A DNA stretch of 17,266 bases from Chlamydiia bacterium. Lineage in GTDB: Bacteria; Chlamydiota; Chlamydiia; Chlamydiales; JBMOFD01. This document shows positions 1 through 7,734 of the stretch, in pieces. The position numbers and the translations under genes were made by a program. The first letter of the stretch is position 1. Each line of letters starts with the position of its first letter. Under the pieces are notes generated by a model. The model saw only the letters and a list, made by a program, of their open reading frames with translations. It did no database searches and was not told the DNA's origin. Location: NCBI GenBank assembly GCA_049314435.1, contig JBMOFD010000037.1, forward strand, positions 1 to 17,266, given 5' to 3'.

Positions 1-2
1 AC

Positions 3-290
3 TGGACTGTGAGCTTTTCCAGGGACGCTGGAAAGCAGTACGACAAACTCAAACGAAACGGATCAAGACCCTCTGTTACCGACGCGATAGATTTACTCGT
101 TCTCGATCTACAACGAGGCGGCCCAAAGTTGCCTGATTGGCCCAATTTTGGTTCGCTCGAGAAAGAGCGGTTCCATTGCCATCTTCGTAAGGGGCGACCA
201 ACTTATGTCGCTTGCTGGAGAGTCACGGATAAGAATACTAAACAAATGGAGGTATACTATGTCGGCTCACACGAAGGAACGCCTTACTAA
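3..290 (+). CDS. RelE/ParE-superfamily type II toxin (5'-partial; start probably just upstream of the window)
   Basis: The frame is open from base 3 (WTVSFSRDAGKQYDKL...). The C-terminal HCHLRKGRPTYVACW...EVYYVGSHEGTPY is a pattern I recognise from small RelE-like toxins. It overlaps an XRE-HTH gene, in toxin-first order. Confidence 0.75.
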   Translation, partial: WTVSFSRDAGKQYDKLKRNGSRPSVTDAIDLLVLDLQRGGPKLPDWPNFGSLEKERFHCHLRKGRPTYVACWRVTDKNTKQMEVYYVGSHEGTPY

Positions 291-645
291 GGAAGTTGTC
301 TATAAGGTCGTTGTTGAAATGCCCGACAAGGCAAAGAAGCTCTCCTTTGTTCCTGCCAAGCATTTGGAAAAACTTGAAGCCTTCTTGGATAAGTATGGCG
401 AATCTGAGTCTATTCTCTGGAAGGACCTTGCTAAAGATCGCATCGCTAAATACACGAAGGCGGGCCTCGCTCTCCGCGGTGCCCGCTATCGCGAAGGATT
501 GTCCCAGAAGGAGCTGTCTAGATTAACCGGCATCAGCCAGGAGAACATCTCCAGAATGGAGAATGGGCAGAGGGCCATCGGAAAGGCCGTGGCGAACAAG
601 CTCGCCAAAGCCTTGCATATCGCTCCTGAATTACTGGCAGAGTAG
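259..645 (+). CDS. XRE-family HTH antitoxin / transcriptional regulator (HigA-like), 128 aa
   Basis: ATG at 259 is preceded by SD GGAGGT (248-253). The C-terminal LRGARYREGLSQKELSRLTGISQENISRMENGQRAIGKAVANKLAKAL is an HTH_3/XRE signature. It overlaps the toxin by 32 nt. Confidence 0.85.
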   Translation: MSAHTKERLTKEVVYKVVVEMPDKAKKLSFVPAKHLEKLEAFLDKYGESESILWKDLAKDRIAKYTKAGLALRGARYREGLSQKELSRLTGISQENISRMENGQRAIGKAVANKLAKALHIAPELLAE

Positions 646-661
646 GGGCCGCCTCCAGTTT

Positions 662-694
662 ATGAGCGGGTACGGGATTTCCGTTCTCGTTCAT
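662..694 (+). terminator. Imperfect stem-loop 3' of the TA operon (possible terminator or stabiliser)
   Basis: ATGAGCGGG-T-ACGG...CCGT-T-CTCGTTCAT forms about 13 bp including G-U pairs, 16 nt after the antitoxin stop. There is no clear U-tract. Confidence 0.35.
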
Positions 695-760
695 GTATAC
701 TACTTGCGGTCAGGATGAGGCTTGTTTCTATAGGAGCCTTATTCCTATCCATTCCATGCC

Positions 761-811
761 AGGAGGCCTGGAGGATGCAATCCTCCAGCGAGGCTCGGAG
801 CAGAGCTCCGA
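761..811 (+). repeat. Double-hairpin leader element, copy 1 (upstream of ileS)
   Basis: Hairpins CTGGAGGAT-GCA-ATCCTCCAG (768-788) and TCGGAGC-AGA-GCTCCGA (795-811). 43 of 52 aligned columns are identical to 4403-4454. Confidence 0.8.
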
Positions 812-839
812 AAACCAAGTTGATTCTAAGAGGTGATCC

Positions 840-3800
840 GTGGACGACGAAGTACGCACTGAGGAGACGTTTCCCGAGAGAGAGGAGCGCATTCTTCAGG
901 AGTGGCGCCTATGGGATGCCTTTCCGGTTTCTTTGGAGAGACGGAGCGGGGGGCCTCGGTTCACCTTCTATGACGGGCCTCCTTTCGCTACGGGACTTCC
1001 TCACCACGGTCACCTTCTGGCCGGCACGATCAAAGATGTGATCCCACGATTCAAGACGATGCAGGGCTACTATGTGCCCCGTCGTTTCGGGTGGGACTGT
1101 CACGGCTTGCCGGTGGAAAACGAGATCGAGAAGGCGTTCAACCTGTCGGGAGCTCCGGCTATTGAGGCGTTTGGGGTGGCCAACTTCAACGAGGAGTGCC
1201 GCAAGATCGTCCTTCGCTATAGCCATGAGTGGAAGGTCACCGTGGAGCGGATGGGGCGTTGGGTCGACTTCGAGCATCCCTATCGGACGATGGATGCGGA
1301 ATTCATGGAGTCGATCTGGTGGGTCTTTTCTCAGTTGTGGGAAGCGGGCCTGGTCTACCAGGGCCTCAAGGTCATGCCCTTTAGCTGGAAGCTGGGGACG
1401 CCGCTCTCCAACTTCGAAGCCAACCTGAACTACAAAGAGGTGGATGATCCGGCCCTGACCGTGAAGCTACCGCTTGTGGATGATCCCGGATGCAGCCTCC
1501 TGATCTGGACCACCACGCCGTGGACTCTGCCTAGCAACTTGGCGGTCGTGGCGCATCCAGAGCTCTCCTATGTGGAGGTGGAGCTGGAGTCTGGTGGGCG
1601 GTACATCGTGGGGGCGGATCGCGAAGCGGCTGTCTTTGGGGACCAACCCAGACGCAGAGTGCGGATCGTTCCGGGACATGAACTAGCAGGCACTCGCTAT
1701 CAGCCTCCCTACGCCTTTTTTGCGGGAACTCCCTACGCCCATCAGGTGATCTTAGGGACTTTCGTGACAGTGGAAGATGGAACGGGCCTTGTGCATGCGG
1801 CTCCAGGATTTGGAGAGGATGACTTCTACGCCTGCCAAGCGGCTGGTATCGCACCTGTATGTCCTGTCGATCAGAATGGCCTCTTCACGGATCAGGTAGA
1901 ACCGTGGGCTGGCAAGCAAGTGAAGGAGTGCGATCGCCTCATCATTGCCGACCTGAAACAGCGTGGGCTGCTCTTCCACCAGGCGACCATCCATCACCGC
2001 TATCCCTACTGCTGGAGGAGCGACACACCTCTGATCTACAAGGCCGTCCATACCTGGTTCGTGGGGGTCGAAAAGATCCGCGATCGCTTAATCCAAGCGA
2101 ATCAGCAGATCACTTGGGTGCCGGAACACATCAAAGAGGGGCGCTTTGGTAAGTGGCTTGAAGGAGCTCGCGATTGGGCGATCAGCCGTAATCGCTATTG
2201 GGGCACACCGATTCCCATCTGGCGCAGCGCCAGTGGTAAGCAACTGGTTATTTCGTCACGAGCGCAGCTCGAGCAACTGGTTGGATCTCCAGTACCCGAT
2301 CTCCACCGTCACTTCATCGATCAGTTGGAGGTCGTGGTGGATGGAGAGACCTACCGACGCATTCCCGAGGTTTTCGACTGCTGGTTCGAGAGCGGGTCGA
2401 TGCCCTATGCGCAGCTCCACTATCCGTTTGAGAATCAGGGGGTCTTCAAAGAGACCTTCCCTGCGGACTTCATTGCTGAAGGTCTCGATCAGACACGTGG
2501 TTGGTTCTACACCCTGACGGTCTTGGCGGCAGCTCTCTTTAACAAGCCAGCGTTTCTTCATGTCATTGTCAACGGGATCATCCTCGCAGACAATGGTCAG
2601 AAGATGTCCAAGAGGCTCAAGAACTACACTGAGCCTGGCATTGTCATCCGCCAGTATGGTGCCGATGCTCTGCGTCTCTATCTCTTGTCGAGCCCTGCGA
2701 CGCATGCGGAAGATCTCTGCTTCAAGAACGTTGGGGTGGAGCAGATGTTGAGGACGGCGCTCATCCCGCTCTGGAATGCGCATCGCTTCTTCATGACCTA
2801 TGCCAAGATCAACCACTGGAAGACACCTGCGGTGCCGCCTAGCGAACTCGCCGAGATCGACCGATGGATCCTTGCTGCCCTGCAATCGCTGGTGCAGGAG
2901 GTGACCCAAGCCCTTGAGGCCTATACGTTGCCGCAGGCTCTCCAGCCGTGCCTGGCGTTCATCGACCATGTCACTAACTGGTACATCCGACGGAGCCGTC
3001 GACGCTTCTGGGGTGATCTCAAGACAGCGGATGAACAGGCCGCCTATTGGACTCTTCACCATGTGTTGAAGGTCTTCTCCCAGGTGATGGCTCCCTTCAT
3101 TCCTTTCTTGACGGAAGCGATGTGGCAGGAGCTGCGTGGTGCTGAGGATCCTCAATCGGTCCACTGGAGCGACTACCCCACGGTGGAAGCGCGCTTTGTG
3201 CAGCAGGAGCTGCTGGATAAAATGGCCAGTGTGCGAGCGGTGGTGAACCTGGGCCATGCGCTCAGGAAAGAACATCGCCTCAAGGTTCGACAACCCCTCG
3301 CCAAGGCTACGGTAGCTTGTCGAGATGCCGGCGTGCGCGACATGCTGCACAAGGCTCTCGACCTCATTGCCGATGAACTCAATGTGGAGAAGGTGGAGCT
3401 CTGTGAGCACGATGATCAACTCGTGCGGCACAAGATTAAGCCGAACTTCCGCGTTCTGGGTAAGCGTGTGGGTCCCTTCATGAATGCTTTCCAGAAGATC
3501 TTGTCCGATCCTAAGCTGGATGTGGATGGGCTCTTCCAGAATCCACTCGTTGAGGGCTGCACCTATGTGCTACAGCCCGATGACGTAGCGGTTGAGCAGG
3601 AAGTTCTTCCGGGCGTGGTGGCCGCCACCGATCAGGGTCTCACTGTGGCCCTCGATACGGTCTTGACCCATCCGCTCATCTTGCAGGGGCTGATCCGGGA
3701 GCTCATCAATCGGGTCAATACGATGCGTAAAGAGCAGGGACTCATGATCACCGATCGGATCGTGCTGACCGTATCTCCTCATCCCCTTGTTGAAGAGGCT

Positions 3801-3926
3801 GTTCAAGCCTACGGAGACCTTCTTGCCCGCGATACGCTAGCCCAAACTATCCAGTTCGCGGCACTCCCCACGGAGCCAGTCGATCTCAATGGCGCAGCAG
3901 TCAGCCTCTTCGTCGAACGAAAGTAG
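840..3926 (+). CDS. ileS: Isoleucine--tRNA ligase, type 2 (eukaryote/archaea-like IleRS2)
   Basis: GTG start after SD GAGGTG. Motifs: FYDGPPFATGLPHHGH (HIGH), GWDCHGLP, WTTTPWTLPSN editing motif, GTGLVH, DWAISRNRYWGTPIP, EGLDQTRGWF, KMSKR. It has the IleRS2-type C-terminus GLIRELINRVNTMRK...DRI and no C-terminal Zn finger. Confidence 0.98.
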   Translation: MDDEVRTEETFPEREERILQEWRLWDAFPVSLERRSGGPRFTFYDGPPFATGLPHHGHLLAGTIKDVIPRFKTMQGYYVPRRFGWDCHGLPVENEIEKAFNLSGAPAIEAFGVANFNEECRKIVLRYSHEWKVTVERMGRWVDFEHPYRTMDAEFMESIWWVFSQLWEAGLVYQGLKVMPFSWKLGTPLSNFEANLNYKEVDDPALTVKLPLVDDPGCSLLIWTTTPWTLPSNLAVVAHPELSYVEVELESGGRYIVGADREAAVFGDQPRRRVRIVPGHELAGTRYQPPYAFFAGTPYAHQVILGTFVTVEDGTGLVHAAPGFGEDDFYACQAAGIAPVCPVDQNGLFTDQVEPWAGKQVKECDRLIIADLKQRGLLFHQATIHHRYPYCWRSDTPLIYKAVHTWFVGVEKIRDRLIQANQQITWVPEHIKEGRFGKWLEGARDWAISRNRYWGTPIPIWRSASGKQLVISSRAQLEQLVGSPVPDLHRHFIDQLEVVVDGETYRRIPEVFDCWFESGSMPYAQLHYPFENQGVFKETFPADFIAEGLDQTRGWFYTLTVLAAALFNKPAFLHVIVNGIILADNGQKMSKRLKNYTEPGIVIRQYGADALRLYLLSSPATHAEDLCFKNVGVEQMLRTALIPLWNAHRFFMTYAKINHWKTPAVPPSELAEIDRWILAALQSLVQEVTQALEAYTLPQALQPCLAFIDHVTNWYIRRSRRRFWGDLKTADEQAAYWTLHHVLKVFSQVMAPFIPFLTEAMWQELRGAEDPQSVHWSDYPTVEARFVQQELLDKMASVRAVVNLGHALRKEHRLKVRQPLAKATVACRDAGVRDMLHKALDLIADELNVEKVELCEHDDQLVRHKIKPNFRVLGKRVGPFMNAFQKILSDPKLDVDGLFQNPLVEGCTYVLQPDDVAVEQEVLPGVVAATDQGLTVALDTVLTHPLILQGLIRELINRVNTMRKEQGLMITDRIVLTVSPHPLVEEAVQAYGDLLARDTLAQTIQFAALPTEPVDLNGAAVSLFVERK

Positions 3927-3946
3927 CCTGACTCATTTCTCTCATG

Positions 3947-3977
3947 AGAGCTCTCCATGCGGAGAGCTCTTTGTTCT
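3947..3977 (+). terminator. Probable intrinsic terminator of ileS
   Basis: Perfect 10-bp stem AGAGCTCTCC-ATGC-GGAGAGCTCT followed by TTGTTCT, 20 nt after the ileS stop. Confidence 0.7.
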
Positions 3978-4402
3978 CATCTTGTTCTCAAAGCAGCCCT
4001 ACATCTGGGCCTAAGTTGTGGATGTTCTGTTCACGGCGCGTCGATAGGTCGTCCGCGACTGGGGGTCTTTTCATGGAAACGATGAAGAACCTAGGCAAGA
4101 GTCAAAGAAGAGATTATTGCGAGTCGTTGATGATGAATGACTTAGAAATACATGGTAGGGTAGAGATTCCCGCAGCTGAGGTGAGTATGCGAGGGGCGAG
4201 AATGTTGATAACCTGTCCGATTTGGTGAAAGAACGAGCAAATAGGCCACACACTGTTTGCAGGTGCGGTTTGTGCCCTGGACGGCGTTGTAGTGGCCCGT
4301 CTTCTCTATGCGTTGAGCTGATCTGATGCACGGCATGTGGGCATATGGCATAGTGCCTACGTTGAGGGTGGTTTGAGTGCGAGTAGCGCAGCATCCCTAT
4401 AT

Positions 4403-4454
4403 AGGTGGTCTGGAGGATGTCGTCCTCCGGCTGAGGTTCGGAGCGGAGCTCCGA
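4403..4454 (+). repeat. Double-hairpin leader element, copy 2 (upstream of udk)
   Basis: Hairpins CTGGAGGAT-GTC-GTCCTCCGG (4410-4430, two G-U pairs) and TCGGAGC-GGA-GCTCCGA (4438-4454). Homologous to 761-811. Confidence 0.8.
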
Positions 4455-4480
4455 GCTCATCCCTGCAACAAGAGGTTAAC

Positions 4481-5155
4481 ATGAGAGTATGGTGTGCTCT
4501 GATATGGGCGTTTTCCTCGATGCACGCGGCTGTGTGTCCAGTCCTTGTGGGGATTGCGGGCGGATCTGGGTCTGGTAAGACCACGTGGGCGCATCGACTG
4601 CAATCGGTTCTTGGAGATGAGGTTGAGGTTCTGTCTGAGGACGCCTACTACAAGGACTTTAGCCATCTCTCTCTTGAGGAGAGAGCTCAGGTCAACTACG
4701 ACAGCCCCCAATCGATTGACTTTGCTCTGTTGGGCCAACACCTCGCTGAACTGAAGCAGGGCCATTCGATTCCCAGGCTCGAATATGACTTCGTGCATCA
4801 TGGACGTATTCAAGGCGATGGAGTCATCGAACCGCGTTCGATCATGATTCTCGAGGGGATTTTAGCGCTGGCTGACCCTGACGTGCGTGAGCTCTTCGAT
4901 ATTAAGCTCTATGTGGACACGGATGAGGATATCCGGCTCCTTCGACGGATCGAGCGTGATATGAAAGAGCGCGGAAGAACCTTCATGAGCATCCGGGACC
5001 AGTACTTGAAGACGGTCAAGCCGATGTATGACGCTTTCATTGCGCCCTCTAAGCAGTACGCCGACCTGATCATCCCGGGTACGGGAATGCCGACTGTGGC
5101 CTTGGATACGGTGGCTTCTCGGCTCAAGCATATGACTGGGGATGTAGGACCGTAG
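4481..5155 (+). CDS. udk: Uridine/cytidine kinase with a short hydrophobic N-terminal extension
   Basis: ATG 4481 after SD AGAGGT. Motifs: P-loop GIAGGSGSGKTT, EDAYYKD, NYDSP, YDFVHHGR, ILEGIL, RLLRRIERD..ERGR, QYLKTVKPMYDAFIAPSKQYADLIIP. Confidence 0.93.
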   Translation: MRVWCALIWAFSSMHAAVCPVLVGIAGGSGSGKTTWAHRLQSVLGDEVEVLSEDAYYKDFSHLSLEERAQVNYDSPQSIDFALLGQHLAELKQGHSIPRLEYDFVHHGRIQGDGVIEPRSIMILEGILALADPDVRELFDIKLYVDTDEDIRLLRRIERDMKERGRTFMSIRDQYLKTVKPMYDAFIAPSKQYADLIIPGTGMPTVALDTVASRLKHMTGDVGP

Positions 5156-5193
5156 TTCGGTGGGAACTCCTTTGAAATCCTAGGTAGAGGATC

Positions 5194-7590
5194 TCAGAGG
5201 ACGATACATCCAGGTCCAGGGGGGTCTTCTAAGAAGACTCCATGGTCGTGAAAGGCTTCGGATTTCAACCCGGTCTGCGAGATGAAATGTCCCCGCCCAT
5301 GCATCTTGCCGTTCTCGAAGGTTCCGGAATAGGACCACTTTTCTGTCAGATGCTTGAGATGCCCAAAGCCGCTCGGCTTATTTTTGACGATCATACCTTT
5401 GTAGATGGTGGTGGGAGTGCGTATTTCGCCCTCTGAGCCTTCAATCGAGCTCCCTTTGAAGTGGCCAGAGATTCTCGTTCCATCTTTGGTTTGAAGGACA
5501 CCTGGACCATCTGGAGCTCCTCCGACAAAGACGCCTGAGAATGTACTGCCATTGCTATAGCGCAGCTCTCCAGGCCCCTCGGGGATCCCATTATGGAAGT
5601 GCCCGCGATACGTGGTTCTCTTGTGGGGATCGCCGAGAGGATAGGTCCACGCTCCTCGCCCTTCGGGCAGATCATGGCAAAATTCCCCTTGGTAGGTGGG
5701 TTGACCGTGTTCATAGAGGGTGCCCACTCCGTGGCGAAGTCCTTCTCGGAATTCCCCCTGATATAGGATTTTACCACCCTCATCGAAAGGTGCGCTCAGC
5801 AATACGCCATGACCCGATGGTCTCTTCTCTTGTCCATTCGGGCTGGTTTCGTAGGATCCGTAGTAGAAGTTCCCTAACCAAGGGATGCCCATAGACTGCA
5901 AGGCAACCCGCGCATCCTGCTTCTGATGCTTGCGCAGCTCCTTGTAGAACAGTCGTCCAAGGAGCTTTGCCGCTTGTTCGACCTCTCCCGCGGTAGCCGT
6001 TGGATAGTTTGTCCTCAAGATCTTCTGAAGAATCAACACCGTGCTGACATAGAACCCAGTTAGAGGAGAGAAGAACGCGCAGTTCCCACGTGTCTGGACT
6101 ACCTGACGAGCCGTAAGGGGATCGTGATCCCAACGACCCGCTTTCGACAGATGGGCCAGAGAGTCCGCTCCTTGCCCATAGATGAGAGACTCAGCGTCTG
6201 ACGGTGGCAAATCATGGACTTTTGTCAGGAGAGCCCACAGCTCTGGCATACGAGACGTATCCAGGGTCATGTGGGCTTCAGGACGAACTCTCTCTTTTTC
6301 TCGACCTTGACCGGAGTCTAGAGAACTTCCCGCGCGATTACAGACGAACAGAGTTCCTTGGTACAGTACGTATCCGATGGCATGTTCCCTGTAGCCGCCA
6401 TGGATCATCACGGGCAGATGTTGGCTCCTCTCGAACACCAGTTGCTGCACGATGGGATCCGATAGTTTGCTGATGTCCCATGTGTTGGAAAGGACCTCAT
6501 CTTGAAGGTCTCTGAGCTCGGAGAGATTCACCCGCTCTGCCATCTCTTGAATCGACGAGGGGCCATCAGGCCTTTCGAGCGATTTGGCGGCAGAGCTAAC
6601 GAGGTCTAGATCGAGCGCGTGAAGGTCTTGCTGTATCCAGGGGATGCTGAGCGCAGAATACGCTCCTATGTCCATCCCTCTTTCGGGAGCCGCGTTGAGC
6701 ACGGCGCAGCACTTCCAGTAGCTTGGATGATGAGGAGCGTGCCACTCCTGTGCCTGATGACCTCGCTCCGTTGTCTTGGATAGAAAGGAGCTGCCATCTG
6801 GATTCATCGTCAGGATGGAGGTCTCTTCCTTGATTTTGGAGATGCTCACGAGGACGATCTCCTCACCGGGATTGAAGGTCCATCCTGCCCCGACCCCATT
6901 CCTCATCTGGAAGATCACCTCGATCGATCCATGAGGGTTGATCTGGCACTTCACTCCATGTGGGCTCCCATCCAGGAAATGCCCCACGACGATGGTTCCG
7001 TCGGGTCGCTGTTCTAGGCCAGGTCCCGACAGCAAAGACTTGGGTGGTTGGAAATTCCCTATACGTATGGTTCCATCGACCAAGACCATGCGACCCAATC
7101 CGTGCGGTTGGGTACCCTCGACCTCACCGATATACCAGGATCCATCTGGGTAGCTGATCTGCGTGCCTTGGATCTCCTGCTCCTGCACAGCCTTCACGGC
7201 ATCCTGCAAGCCGCTCATCCAACGATGTGCCGTCTGATGAGGAGGACCCTCGGTGGCTGATTCCGCGGCATCAGAGGGGCTGGTCCTGACGGAGCGCTCA
7301 TCCAAGGCCTGCCAGGTGCTCTCTCCAGAAGATATCGAGAGGTCATCTGAAGGTAGAGGGGAAGAGGACCCTGAGGTCGATGAACTGTCTTCCAAGGAAA
7401 CCGGAGAGACAATGCGCGTTCGAAGGTGCTCCGGTCTGGTGCAAAACCCCTTCTCCACCATCTGAAATATCTCGCCGCCAATGTAGGTTACCCTAGCCAT
7501 CACATCGTCATAGCCTTTGAGCGTGGACCGAATAGGCAGAGGCTGGGGTTTGGAGTGGGCTCCGAGATTGAGGTGATCTGGATCGAGCAT
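5194..7590 (-). CDS. MORN-repeat protein with a central putative cysteine-protease-like domain and C-terminal CaaX motif (candidate effector); start codon uncertain
   Basis: Ser-rich N-terminal region. MORN-type repeats (YxGxFxxGxxHGxG) in two blocks, ~6940-7150 and ~5240-5870. Central GGYREHAIGY...CNRAG...QTRGNCAF. Ends PPGPGCIVL-stop. Confidence 0.8.
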   Translation of the reverse strand: MLDPDHLNLGAHSKPQPLPIRSTLKGYDDVMARVTYIGGEIFQMVEKGFCTRPEHLRTRIVSPVSLEDSSSTSGSSSPLPSDDLSISSGESTWQALDERSVRTSPSDAAESATEGPPHQTAHRWMSGLQDAVKAVQEQEIQGTQISYPDGSWYIGEVEGTQPHGLGRMVLVDGTIRIGNFQPPKSLLSGPGLEQRPDGTIVVGHFLDGSPHGVKCQINPHGSIEVIFQMRNGVGAGWTFNPGEEIVLVSISKIKEETSILTMNPDGSSFLSKTTERGHQAQEWHAPHHPSYWKCCAVLNAAPERGMDIGAYSALSIPWIQQDLHALDLDLVSSAAKSLERPDGPSSIQEMAERVNLSELRDLQDEVLSNTWDISKLSDPIVQQLVFERSQHLPVMIHGGYREHAIGYVLYQGTLFVCNRAGSSLDSGQGREKERVRPEAHMTLDTSRMPELWALLTKVHDLPPSDAESLIYGQGADSLAHLSKAGRWDHDPLTARQVVQTRGNCAFFSPLTGFYVSTVLILQKILRTNYPTATAGEVEQAAKLLGRLFYKELRKHQKQDARVALQSMGIPWLGNFYYGSYETSPNGQEKRPSGHGVLLSAPFDEGGKILYQGEFREGLRHGVGTLYEHGQPTYQGEFCHDLPEGRGAWTYPLGDPHKRTTYRGHFHNGIPEGPGELRYSNGSTFSGVFVGGAPDGPGVLQTKDGTRISGHFKGSSIEGSEGEIRTPTTIYKGMIVKNKPSGFGHLKHLTEKWSYSGTFENGKMHGRGHFISQTGLKSEAFHDHGVFLEDPPGPGCIVL

Positions 7591-7734
7591 GAGAGCACAA
7601 GACCGTGAGTTGTCCCGCTTGTGCTTAGAATGAATTTTTTAAAATAGATGACCCCGAGCGCTCCCAGAGCTAGTGGTTTAATGTCATGAGAGTTAAAAAC
7701 AGTTACAGTTATGTGCGGAAAGTCGAGGTGTCAT

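Noticed and set aside
148..258. Extended N-termini in the ORF track (148 for the antitoxin, also 4337, 7711, 11060 and 13318)
   Set aside because: Downstream starts at 259, 4481, 7735, 11039 and 13363 have clear SD sequences at normal spacing.
646..839. T-box riboswitch upstream of ileS
   Set aside because: No T-box consensus (GGGTGGNACC) or Stem I motifs were seen. The superficially similar AGAGGTGATCCGTG is the SD plus GTG start.
715..1041. 108-aa ORF overlapping the ileS leader and start
   Set aside because: It overlaps ileS out of frame, has no recognisable motif, and is not an Ile-rich leader peptide.
2256..3431. 391-aa antisense ORF inside ileS
   Set aside because: It is completely antisense to a conserved gene and has no recognisable motifs. 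Long shadow ORFs are expected with GC-rich codon usage.
4071..4460. 129-aa and 69-aa minus-strand ORFs, and a 94-aa plus-strand ORF, in the ileS-udk gap
   Set aside because: Atypical composition, no convincing SD or motifs, and they mutually overlap. They cannot be supported as genes without homology data.
7594..7625. 8-bp inverted repeat AGCACAAG-N16-CTTGTGCT upstream of the MORN gene
   Set aside because: It is a single short repeat with a long spacer and no second occurrence, so it could be chance.
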